Source: Squalus acanthias
Lineage: Eukaryota
Reading direction: 5' to 3'
Assembly (NCBI GenBank): GCA_030390025.1
Contig: CM059432.1
Span: 85,128,001 to 85,192,000 of the forward strand
DNA: 64,000 nucleotides
In this document: positions 1 to 11,275 of the stretch, piece after piece
Position numbering within the stretch: position 1 is the stretch's first letter
Layout of the letters: the number at the start of each line of letters is the position of its first letter
The notes under the pieces: model-generated
Database searches by the model: none
What the model was told of the DNA's origin: nothing
Seen by the model: the letters and a program-made list of their open reading frames with translations, nothing else
Position numbers and translations under genes: made by a program

Positions 1-23
1 ACGGGGCTTGGAAAATCGAGCCC
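1..23. mobile_element. Right terminus of a Harbinger-type DNA transposon extending off the left edge
   Basis: Ends AAAATCGAGCCC followed by TAT, like the GGGCTGGATTTT-type TIRs and TAT TSDs elsewhere in the window; CR1 sequence follows. Confidence 0.5.
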
Positions 24-2702
24 TATGGATCTGTCTTCACGGAAGAGGACACAAATAACTTCCCAGAAATGCTAGGGAACCAAGGGTCTAGTGAGAAGGA
101 GGAATTAAAGGAAATTAGTATGAGTAAAAAATTAGTGCTGGAGAAATTAATGGGACTGAAAGCAGATAAATCCCGAGCGCCTGATAATCTGCATCCCAGA
201 GTACTAAAAGAGGTAGCCATGGAAATAGTGGATACATTGGTTGTCATCTTCCAAAATTCTATAGATTATGGAACAGTTCCTGCAGATTGGAGGGTGACAA
301 ATGTAACCCCACTATTTAAAAAAGGAGGGAGAGAGAAAACATGGAACTACAGGTTAGTCTAACATCAGTAGTAGGGAAATTGCTAGAGTCTATTGTAAAG
401 GATGTGATAACAGGACACTTAGAAAATATCAACGGGATTAGACAAATTCAACATGGATTTATGAAAGGGAAATCGTGTTTGACAAACCTACTGGAGTTTT
501 TTGAGGATGTAACTGGTACAATAGATAAGGGAGAACCAGTGGATGTATATTTGGATTTTCAGAAGGCCTTTGATAAAGTCCCACATAAGAGGTTAGCGTG
601 CAAAATTAAAGCACATGGGATTGGGGGTAATGTACTGGCATGGATTGAAAATTGGTTAACAGACAGGAAGCAGAGAGTAGGAATAAATGGGTCTTTTTCG
701 AGGTGGCAGGTGGTGACTAGTGGGGTACCGCAGGGATCAGTGCTTGGGCCCCAGCTATTCACAATATATCTATCAATGATTTGAATGAGGGAACCAAATG
801 TAATATTTCCAAGTTTGCTGACAACACGAAACTAGGTGGGATTGTGAGTTGTGAGGAGGATGCAAAGAGGCTTCAAGGCGATTTAGACAAGTTGAGTGAG
901 TGGGCAAATACATGGCAGATGCAGTATAATGTGGATAAATGTGAAGTTATCCACTTCGGTAGGAAAAGCAGAAAGGTAGAGTATTATTTAAATGGTGATA
1001 GATTGGGAAATGTTGATGTACAAAGGGACCTGGGTGTCCTCTTACACCAGTCACTGAAAGCAAACATGCAGGTGCAGCAAGCAGTTAGGAAGGTAAATGG
1101 TATGTTGGCCTTCATTGCAAGAGGATTTGCGGACAGGAGCAAGGATGTCTTACTACAGTTATACAGGGCCTTGGTGAGACCACACCTGGAGTACTGTGTG
1201 CAGTTTTGGTCTCCTTACCTAAGAAAGGATATACTTGCCATAGAGGGAGTGCAGTGAAGGTTCACCAGACTGATTCCTGGGATAGCAGGACTGTCGTATG
1301 AGGAGGGATTAGGTCGACTAGGCCTGTATGTAAGTTTCATGGAACAGTTTGGCCCCAGTATAAGGGCATGAAACGGTTAAACTTCAAGGCACGGAAAAGG
1401 TGCCAGTCATTAAAGTTCTGGAACTCTGAAAAGGACATTGACATTGAACTGTGAGGCCTTGAATCATGATTGGTTTCGATGGGAAAAATTAACATCTGGA
1501 CAATGCTCCGAGTTTAACTGAAACAATGAGCGTCTCGATAGGTGATTTAACGGTGAATAGGTGATTTAACTTTGGACAATGAGACTTCGTGTTTTAATGG
1601 ATTTCGATGGATCTTCAATGGATAAGACAACGTTGGGCAAAACACATCAGCAGTAAGACTAAATCACATTAAATATGGATCACAGAGCGGGGGAGACAAG
1701 ATAAGGAATTGTCTTCCATCCCCCAGCCCTGTACACATCCTGTGGTTTGGATTACTAAGTGTGTATTGGAAAACAAGAGTTGGGGGAAGGCCCAGACTCG
1801 AAGAGGCCAGGTGACTAAAAGAACTATAAGAAGGAACCACACCCACAGCTCTCTCTCCTTTTTGCTCGGAAGCTCTCTCGGAAGCTCTCTCTCTTGGAAG
1901 CTAGCTCTGACTACAGGAACTGCCAGGTGTAAGGAGGAAGGGAAGACGGTCATCTCCAGCCCCCAGCCTGAAATCGACGTCGGCCACGACCAGCTGGACG
2001 GGTGATTGTAAGTATCAGTTGACTCTACAAGGGGTTTGCGCTGTGTAGACAGCTGCAGTCAGATAAAGGAGGATGGGGACAGGTCATCTCCGATCCAGGC
2101 CTGTGATTGTAAGTTTCAGCCAAATCTCAACAGGTTTTTGTCTGTGTTTTGTTGGTTTTAATAAACTAACAGTTTTGGTTTGAACCTAAACCTTTGTGTC
2201 ATCTACGATTTTGTGCCTGTAAAACCCAGAGTCAAAGAACCCTTGTAAGGACAAGGAAACCAAACACCCTACAGTATTCACTAGAGTTTAGAAGAATGAG
2301 AGGGGATCTCATTGAAACATATAAAATTCTGACAGGGCTAGACAGACTGGATGCAGGGAGGATGTTTCCCCTGGCTAGGGGGCATCTAGAACGAGGGGTC
2401 ACAGTCTCAGGATATGGGGTAGGACATTTAGGACTGAGATGAGGAGAAATTTCTTCCTTCAGAGGGTGGTGAACCTGTGGAATTCTCTACCACAGAAGGC
2501 TGTGGAGGCCAAGTCACTGAATATATTTAAGAAGGAGATAGATAGATTTCTAGACACAAAAGGCATCAAGGGTATGGGGAGAGAGCGGGAATATGGTATT
2601 GAGATAAAGGATTAGCCATGATCATACTGAATGGTGGAGCGGGCTCGAAGGGCCGAATGACCTACTCCTGCTCCTATTTTTCTATGTTTCTTTCTATGTT
2701 TC
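24..2702 (+). mobile_element. CR1 LINE, 5'-truncated, frameshifted RT and 3' tail; interrupted by solo LTR 1329-2273
   Basis: ORFs 69-1257 contain KSRAPDNLHP, QHGF, GVPQGSVLGP, KFADNTK, RPHLEYCVQFW; resumes in register at 2274 (YSLEFRRMRGDLIETYKI); ends in TTCTATGT microsatellite. Confidence 0.92.
1329..2273 (+). mobile_element. Solo LTR (945 bp)
   Basis: TGTA...TACA termini, GTA(T) duplicated on both sides, splits CR1 exactly, AATAAA at 2160. Confidence 0.8.
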
Positions 2703-2705
2703 TAG

Positions 2706-3262
2706 AATTAGATGAATGCAGATATCTCGGAGGGTTGTGGGGCTGGATAAGATTACAGAAATAGGATGGGGCAAGGCCATGGATGGATTTGAAAACTAGA
2801 ATGAGAATTTTAAAATCGAGGTGTTGCTTAACCGGTAGCCAATGTAGGTCAGCAATTACAGCGGTGATGGGTGAATGGGACTAGGTGCGTGTTAGGACAC
2901 GGACAGCAGAGTTTTGGATGACCTCAAGTTTACGAAGGGTAAAATGTGGGAGGCCGGCCAGGAGTGCATTGGAATAATCAAGTCTAGAGGTAACAAATGT
3001 ATGGATGAGGGTTTCAGCAGCAGATGAGCTGAGGCAAGGGCAGAGACGGATGATGTTACGGAGGTGAAAATAGGTTATTTGCTCGGAAACTCATTTCAGA
3101 GTCAAATATGATACCTCGGTTGCGAACAGTCTGGTTCAGCCTCAGACAGATGCGAGGGAGAGGGATGGAGTCGGTGGCTAGGGAACAGAGTTTGTGGCGG
3201 GGACCAAAGACAATGGCTTCGGTCTTACCAATATTTAGTTGGAGGAAATTTCTGTTCATCCA
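2706..3262 (-). mobile_element. L2 LINE fragment
   Basis: MNRNFLQLNIGKTEAIVFG..VRNRGIIFDSEMSF, typical of L2 RT C-terminal region; similar to 17604-18463. Confidence 0.8.
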
Positions 3263-3635
3263 GTCTGCTTGATCGGCACCTCAACCAATGGCTTAAACAT
3301 GCACTCCCTCCACCATCAGCATACTGTGGCTGTAGTGCATCCTAGGATGCACTGCAGCAACTCGCCTAATCTTCTTTGGAAGCACCTCCCAAACCGGTGA
3401 CCTCCACCATCTATAAGGACACCTCCAAGTTCCCCTCAAAGTCACACAACAGCCTGACCTGGAGTTATATCACAGTTTCTCCATTCTCGCTGGGCCAAAA
3501 TCCTGGAACTCCCTGCCTAGCACTTTCACTGCACAGACTGCAGCGGTTCAGTAAGAAAGGCCCACCACCACTTTCTCAAGGGTAGCTAGGGATGGGCAAT
3601 AAATGAGGCCACATCCCGAGAATTAATAAAAAAGA
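3263..3635 (+). mobile_element. 3' end of a second CR1/L2-group LINE family
   Basis: Tail GGGATGGGCAATAAATG..CCACATCCC plus A-rich end, shared with 6561-8109 and 17285-17603. Confidence 0.7.
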
Positions 3636-4414
3636 AATGCAGCTGTAGGATTTATATCCTGAGACTGTATACCAATTCATTCCTCTTCAATGGCAATGCA
3701 CCCAATCGGAGGTGCACTCACGCCTAGTGCATGCCCCCGAGATATTCATAAGCATTGACCTGAATTATAGGAGTTACTCATTACATCCTGTTCGAGTACA
3801 CTTCTGATGCTGTCCACCACTTCTAAACGCAGGTACCCTGCCCAGAGGAATGTCAGTGCTGTGCTCTTAGGTATCCCATTATTCTCCATGGAAATCAACA
3901 CATTTTTCCAATGGGAAAGATTTCTTCTGGTTAATGTCATTGTAAGCATAGTGGGGATAATTCCTGGGGACGAAAAACCATGGACCTTTAATCCAGAAGT
4001 AATTCACAGGATCTGCCAGCTAGAGAGCTCTGCTACTGACCCTCCTGGACTTCACTGAATCAGGGAGAGATTCTCGCATTTAAATATTCCTGTTGGGTGC
4101 CTGCGCCATTAATGGCACATTTAAGGCAGCTATCAGTGCAATGAGGCTGCCTAATGGGACATAGGCTGGTCAGTGGGAGGCTCCCAGGGCTTCAGCCAGA
4201 AAAAGTGTCCTTGAATGCCCAGTAGCCGCCTTTATAAGGGTGCCAGGCAATCCAAAATGTCATTACCTTTCTTTTTGGGATCTAGCCTAAGAATCAAGAT
4301 TGGACAACAGATGAGTCCCACTTCTGTCCCTCCAACGGTCAAGACTCATCCGCCTGGTCAAGGATAAAGAAACTTTTCTCTTTATTGTTAGATCAGAATT
4401 GGGACTTTTTCACA

Positions 4415-4971
4415 GGGATCGGAACACTCTGATGGAGGATCACAGTTTCTCCACTAACCCCGCTTACTTGGATGGTTTGATCTATTGTAGGGAATTTCAA
4501 GTCGGTTATCGACACCAAGACTCCCGTGTCTATAACAATACTGCCGGCCTCCTAACAGTACATTTAGACACGGGTGGGTGGCCCCCAGTCCTCCGACAGA
4601 GGAGACCGGGGTATCCTAATCGTGGTGAGGAGCTGGTGGCGGGAGGAGGCGGGCCCGTAGTCCTTCCAACTCTCGGTCAGACAGCCCCCCCGTTTGTGGT
4701 CCCTGTGATCCAAGTTTTCGGGGTCCCTGTCCCTCCCTTCCTCCACCCTTTTTGAAACAAGCAGCCTGAGTGTGTCCGAAGCGACCGCAGTTGGTACATG
4801 GTTTACCAGTCACCGGGCAATTTGATCGGCTACTGGACTTATTTCTTTCCACCCATTTTTAATCATCTCACTCTGGTATTTCAGATTAGCCTCTTGGACC
4901 CACTTAACAACAGTGACACTGGTGGCCATAGCCGGAACGTCCGGTGAAAGGGGTTTCCCCTCGTCACTCAT
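4415..4971 (-). pseudogene. Gag (N-terminus and nucleocapsid) and retroviral aspartic protease remnants
   Basis: MSDEGKPLSPDVP..; CTNCGRFGHTQAAC (CX2CX4HX4C); after TAG, in frame HPCLNVLLGGRQY, then frameshift to IVIDTGVLVSIT..IQVSGVSG. Confidence 0.75.
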
Positions 4972-5519
4972 ACTTATAATCACGTATATCCTTATGCTTT
5001 ATCTTATACTTTAACTTACTTTAGTCTAATCTTATACTTTAATCGGCACAAACGTATCACCTTATGCTCTATCTTTTTTTTCCTCTTACTCGTCACGGGA
5101 TCACGATCCTGTGGTGTGTTCGAAGTTCCCTACACCTACTTGATCCTGGCCATCACGTGGGACTACGTCCTCTTAATTCAGGCTCAGGCTAGGTGTTTGA
5201 AATAGACAAACAACCACCCTTGTCCATGTCGATCACCCGTGACTCTCAACAATGACAAACACTCAAGCAGAACAATGACAAACACTTATACTTTAAATCG
5301 GAATACACACAGTTAGGTCTAGTCAATTCCGTCAACCCGTGAGTCTCCGTGAGGAGTAATTTAACTACGTGGATAATTTAATACTGTGCCTGGCTGGTGC
5401 TTATTTGCGAGCGCGACTCGCCACGAGGGATTTTCAACAGGACGTCCAGGAAAAGCCCAACTCCAACAATTCTCTTAAGGAGTGACCCTCAACCACCGCA
5501 CCCAACATTCCAGTCCAGT

Positions 5520-5537
5520 ATCCCACTTCTGACACCA
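5520..5537 (-). promoter_or_regulatory. Primer binding site complementary to the tRNA-Leu 3' end
   Basis: TGGTGTCAGAAGTGGGAT, 2 nt downstream of the LTR CA end. Confidence 0.85.
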
Positions 5538-6560
5538 ACTGTTAGATCAGAATTTGGGACTTTTTCACAGGGGCCCACTTCTGACACCGGGACTAATTAA
5601 AGTCCTAAGAGGTCACCCCTGCTCCCGGCATCCCAATTACTCACCAACGGGCCTTACTGTTACATCGAATTTGGAGCAAAACCAGACGGAGACGGAACTG
5701 AAGACAAAGTAAAAGTTTATTAGAAACTAGCCAGAAGGCTTTGTGCACAAAGGGAGAGAGGTTGATCTCCTCAGACTCGAACCCAACTCTCAAAGGAAAA
5801 ACTACATACAAGCATTGATATACCTTTCGATAGGCAACACCCACAGGTTACAAAAGTGGGTGCACACATACAAACAACGTCGCTACCATTGTTCCCTTAT
5901 TGGTTAATGATCAGTCATTCAATGTTGGGAGCCACCTTGAAATGTTCTGTGACATTAAACATAACACATAGTTGTTATACATGGGGCCTTCATCTAGTCT
6001 CTGGGAGCGAGGTCTACCAGACTCCATCTTGTCTCTTAAACAAGGTCGTACCACGCTTATCTTTCCTTTCCCATATTGTTGTATCTAACCAATACTTCGT
6101 TAATTCTCGAGAGAAGCTTATTATGATAAACAAGGTCCGCTCCAAAGGGAGATAAGGTGTTTGAGACCAAGAGAGAAATGGCCGACTCCCTGTACAGTTC
6201 AGCTTCCCTTATCTCTTCAGAAGGCCAACTACATATAAACACTGCTTCTGTAGCACTGATAATGACCTTCTAAAATGCCTAGAAGTTAGGCTATGACCCC
6301 AACAATCTGGCTGCAAGTAGCAACACTTCTTTCAGTATTATTTAAAAGGGTTAATATAATGAACCAAATAGTCCATCATGCTTTGCAACTATCTAAAAAG
6401 CTATATGTACGTATTGATATCTCTCTATAAGTGAATTAACTATCCTTTAAACATGATTTCTAATATTACTGCCCTACAGCCTTGGTTAATATATATTTAT
6501 ATATATTTAAAGACTAAGGGGTATAGGTTTCGTTTCACAGGCCTAATTTGCGATCCCACA

Positions 6561-8109
6561 TTATTTATTCATGGGGAGTGAATGCGCTGGCAAGGCCAGC
6601 ATTTATTGCCCATCCCTAATTGCCCTTGAGAAGGTGGTGGTGAGCTGCCTTCTTGAAGTGCTGCAGTCCGTATGGTGAAGGTACTCCCATAGTGCTGTTA
6701 GGGAGGGAGTTCCAGGATTTTGACTCCAGCGACGATGAAGGAACGTCGATATACTTCCAAGTCAGGATGGTGTGTAACTTGGAGGGGAACTTGGAAGTGA
6801 TGGTGTTATCATGTGCCTGCTGCCCTTGTCCTTCTAGGTGGTAGAGGTCACGGGTTTGGGAGATGCTGTCAAAGAAGACTTGGTCAGTTGCTGCAGTGCA
6901 TCTTGTAGATGGTACACACTACAGCCACAGTGCGCTGGTGGTGGAAGGAGTGAATGTTTAAGGTGATGGATAGGGTGCCAATCAAGCAGGCTGCTTTGTT
7001 CTGGATGGTGTCGAGCTTCTTGAGTGCTGTTGGAGTTGCACTCATCCAGGCAAGTGGAGAGTATTCCATCACACTCCTGACTTGTGCCTTGTAGATGGTG
7101 GAAATGCTTTGGGGAGTCAGGAGGTGAGACTCTCGCCGCAGAGTACCCATCCTATGACCTTTCTTGTAGCCACAGTATTTATGTGGCTGGTCCAGTTAAG
7201 TTTCTGGTCAATGGTGACACCCAGGATGTTGATGGTACGGGGATCGGCGATGGTAATGCCATTGAATGTCAAGGGGCGGTGGTTAGACTCTCTCTTGATG
7301 GAGATAGTCATTGCCCGGCACTTGTGTGGCATGAATGTTACTTACCACTTATCATCCCAAGCCTGAATGTCATCATGCTGCATGCGGTCATGGACTGCTT
7401 CATTATCTGAGAAGTTGCGAATGGAACTGAACACTGTGCAATCATCAGTGAACATCCCCACTTCTGACCTTATGATGGAGGGAGGTCATTGATGAAGCAG
7501 CTGAAGATGGTTGAGCCTAGGACACTGCCCTGAGGAACTACTGCAGCGATGTCCTGGGGCTGAGATGATTGGCCTCCAAAAACCACAACCATATTCCTTT
7601 CTGCTAGGTATGATTCCAGCCAGTGGTGAGTTTTCCCCCTGATTCCCATTGACTTCAATTTTACTTGGGCTCCTTGATGCCACACTTGGTCAAATGCTGC
7701 CTTGATGTCAAGGGCAGTCACTCTCACCTCTCCTCGGGAATTCAGCTCCTTTGTCTATGTTTGGACCAAGGTTATAATGAGGTCTGAAGCTGAGTGGTCC
7801 TGCCGGAATCCAAACTGAGCAGGTTATTGGTGAGTAAGTGCCGCTTGATAGCACTGTTGACGACACCTTCCATCACTTTGCTGATGATTGTGAGTAGACT
7901 GATGGGGCAGTAATTGCCAGATTGTATTTGTCTTGCTTTTTGTGGACATTACATACCTGGGCAGTTTTCCACATTGTCAGGTAGATGCCAGTGTTGTAGC
8001 TGTACTGGAACAGTTTGGCTAGAGGCGTGGCTAGTTCTGGAGCAAAAGTCTTCAGCATGACAGCCGGGATGTTGTCGGAGGCTGTAGCCTTTGCTGTACC
8101 CAGTGCATT
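6561..8109 (-). mobile_element. CR1/L2-group LINE (second family), decayed RT and 3' end
   Basis: LDIKAAFDQVWH, VPQGSVLG, KATASDNIPAVMLKTFAPELATPL, YKAQVRSVMEYS. Confidence 0.85.
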
Positions 8110-8385
8110 CAGCCTTCCAGTCACAAAACACCCGTTGACCATTTACCTTTGCTTCCTGCCACTGAGCCAATTTTGGATCCAACTTGCCACTTTCCCTTGG
8201 ATTCCATGTGCTTCTACTTTTCTGACCAGTCTGCCTTGTGGGACCTTGTCAAAAGCCTTGCTAAAATCCATGTAGACTACATCAAATGCACTACCCTCAT
8301 CGACCCTCCTTCTTTCCTCCTCAAAAAATTTAATTAAGTTAGTCAGACATGACCTTCCCTTAACAAATCCATGCTGACTGGTCAT
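8110..8385 (-). mobile_element. CR1 RT fragment
   Basis: SQHGFVKGRSCLTNL..DFSKAFDKVP..WLSGRKQR. Confidence 0.85.
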
Positions 8386-8389
8386 TTCA

Positions 8390-8695
8390 GAGATTCATTC
8401 TGAGGATGTGGGCATTGCAGGCAAGGCCAGCACTTATTACCCATCCCGAGTTGCCTTGTAAAATTGACTGGCTTGCTTGGCTATTTCAGAGGGAAGTGAA
8501 CCAGCTGGGTTTTTACAACAATCCAACAACTTCATGGTCACTTTACTGATAACAGCTTTTTTTAAGTTTCTAGATTTAAACTGAATTCAAATTTTCAAAT
8601 TGCCATGGTGGGTTTATGAATTTACGTCCTCTGGAGTATTAGTCCAGGCCTCTGGATTACTAGTCCGGTAATATAACCATTACACTGCCATACCA
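8390..8695 (-). mobile_element. tRNA-related SINE carrying the 3' tail of the second LINE family
   Basis: Head TGGCAGTGTAATGGTT..CTAGTAATCCAGAGG; tail ..GCTGGCCTTGCC..GCCCACATCC matches LINE tail at 6561-6620. Confidence 0.55.
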
Positions 8696-9808
8696 TTCTT
8701 GTTGCTGCCCAGGACTGCCAGGTAAACCATAGTATCAGGCCTGTGGTAGTGGCAGGAATGGCCCCATATAAAATGGAGGCACAGAGATTACTAGAATACT
8801 CCTGCCCCTCCAATTGCTTACCTGATGAAGACCCTGGTCTTGGTTGTGGCCTTCAATTACTGTGCTGCCCCAGACTTTAGGGCCCTGTGGCCCCTTTAAT
8901 ATGGCTCCATCAGGTGCGGTGGACCCATTGCAGCACCCTTAATTTTCCTTGGGAGCTGCTCGTGCGCTCCTGCATGCTGGTGTTATGCAGTTGTTGTACG
9001 GATGTTTCTGGAAGAGGGGAGTCAGCACTTAAACAATTTCTACCAGCAAGTTGCACAAGGGTTGCACCAAGAATATGTAAATTAACTTACCCCAGGAAAT
9101 CTATGAGTAATTCCCTCTGCTGATGAATAGCAAAACTTTCTAGCTCAACTACAATGCAACAGCAGTGTAACTGACACCAGAGAAACTCAGGACCAATATA
9201 AATGCAAGCTGTTTCTTTTTTCTTTCTCCTTCCTATTCTCTTTGGGTCTGAAATTATGCTGTGGGATATGAACATGAATACTTAACATGTTCTCTTATTT
9301 TAGCAGAGACATCAACCCACTTTTAAAAATAGGTTGATGTCGCTCCTAAAATAAGAAAGAGAGTAATTTCAGAAAAATGCATTAAACAATCATACGCTGG
9401 TATTGTGGTGTAATTTCAAGGCCTACGTAACTCACTATACATTTCCTACCTTTTGTTTTGTAACAGCAGTTTGCCAAACACAAACTCATATCAATTTCAA
9501 CCTAGTGCAAAAGTAACTGAAATGATGGTGTGAAACATTGCTGAAATATTGACACAGAACATGTAGGGTAACAGCTGCTCTGGGAGTCAGTTACATCCTG
9601 TAACTCACATTGCCAGGAGGCTTGTTTTATATAACATGAAATATTTAACTTTGCATTCATATTCAGATTTTTACCTTGTAGTTTTTATGTCTTTTGCTGT
9701 TGCAACCTATTTTAATCATGATGTGGAGATGCCGGCGTTGGACTGGGGTGGACAAAAATGAGACGTCGCACAACACCAGGTTATAGTCCAACAGATTTAT
9801 TTAATTTT

Positions 9809-9845
9809 ACAAGCTTTCGGAGCAGTTCGCTCCTTCGTCAGGTAA
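9809..9845 (-). ncRNA. Minimal hammerhead ribozyme motif in the inverted pLTR
   Basis: Reverse complement of the same core at 9815-9841. Confidence 0.7.
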
Positions 9846-10068
9846 GTTTAGCAGTGAGAGAATCTCCCAGAATTCACAATTTAAACACAGACAAAATATA
9901 TTCAAATCTTTCCCACATCAAAGAGCATAGCCAAGACAATGAGATGTGTCCCAGGGGGTCCAACGTGTCAAACCACCTGCTGGCTGCATATCCTGTCAAT
10001 CTGTGTAGGTTCTTGTGTTAGCCTTTTTTAAAAAAAAAACACCTGGGAAGACCGGCCATGATGTCAAG

Positions 10069-11046
10069 TCACGTTCTGTATCGTGACATGAACCCGATAT
10101 CGCGATTGAGGCCCTCCTCATGAGTGCGGAACTTGGCTATCAGTTTCTGCTCTATGATTTTGCGCTGTCGTGTATTTCGAAGGCCACCTTGGAGAACGCT
10201 TACCCGCATATCCGAGGCTGAATGCCCCTGGCTGCTGAAGTGTTCCCCGACTGGGAGGCAACCCTCCTGCCTGGCGATTGTTGCGCGGTGTCCGTTCATA
10301 CGTTGTCTCAGTGTCTGCATGGTCTCGCCGATGTACCATGCTCTGGAGCATCCTTTACTGCAACGTATCAGGTAGACAACGTTGGCCGAGTCACATGAGT
10401 ATGTACCGTGTACCTGGTGGGTAGTGTCCTCACGTGTGATGATGGTATCTGTGTCCATGATTTGGCATGTCTTGCAGAGGTTGCCGTGGCAGGGTTGTGT
10501 GGTGTCTTGGTTGCTGTTCGCCTGAAAGATGGGTAATCTGCTGCGAACGATGGTACTTTTGAGGTTAGGCGGCTGCTTGAAGGCGAGTAGTGGAGGCGTG
10601 GGGATGGCCTTAGCAAGGTGTTCGTCGTCATCGATGACATGTTGAAGGCTGCGAAGAACATGGCGTAGTTTTTCCGCTCCGGGGAAGTACTGGACGACGT
10701 AGGGTACTCTGTTGGTTGTGTCCCATGTTCGTCTTCTGAGGAGGTCTATGCGGTTTTTCGCTGTGGCCCGTCGGAACTGTCGATCGACGAGTCGAGCGTC
10801 ATATCCCGTTCTTACGAGGGCGTCTTTCAGTGTCCGTAGGTGTCCATCGCGTTCCTCCTCATCTGAGCAGATCCTGTGTATTCGCAGGGCTTGTCCATAG
10901 GGGATGGCTTCTTTAACGTGGTTAGGGTGGAAGCTGGAGAAGTGGAGCATCGTGAGGTTGTCCGTGGGCTTGCGGTAGAGTGAAGTGCTGAGGCGTCCGT
11001 CTTTGATGGAGATTCGTGTGTCCAAGAATGAAACCGATTCTGAGGA
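10069..11046 (-). pseudogene. Inverted duplicate of the 3' third of the Penelope ORF (thumb + GIY-YIG)
   Basis: Translation nearly identical to the C-terminus of 11276-13942 (A/T and W/R differences); lacks the RT catalytic core. Confidence 0.9.
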
Positions 11047-11149
11047 CACATCTCATTGTCTTGGCTATGCTCTTTGATGTGGGAAAGATTTGAATATATT
11101 TTGTCTGTGTTTAAATTGTGAATTCTGGGAGATTCTCTCACTGCTAAAC

Positions 11150-11186
11150 TTACCTGACGAAGGAGCGAACTGCTCCGAAAGCTTGT
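11150..11186 (+). ncRNA. Minimal hammerhead ribozyme motif in the 5' pLTR
   Basis: CTGACGA-A-GGAGC-GAACT-GCTCC-GAAA followed by palindromic AAGCTT. Confidence 0.7.
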
Positions 11187-11275
11187 AAAATTAAATAAAT
11201 CTGTTGGACTATAACCTGGTGTTGTGCGACTTCTCATTTTTGTCCACCCCAGTCCAACGCCGGCATCTCCACATC

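Larger units (their letters stand above)
4386..6304 (-). mobile_element. Internally deleted endogenous retrovirus: 5' LTR, PBS, gag and protease remnants
   Basis: LTR 6304-5540 (TGTT...AACA, AATAAA near 5720); PBS 5537-5520; CCHC knuckle 4798-4757; TAG at 4618-4616; IDTG at 4533-4522; 32-bp copy of the LTR end at 4417-4386. Confidence 0.8.

Noticed and set aside
11204..11275. N-terminal extension of the Penelope ORF (912 aa call)
   Set aside because: Starts at TTG inside the pLTR; the first ATG is 11276
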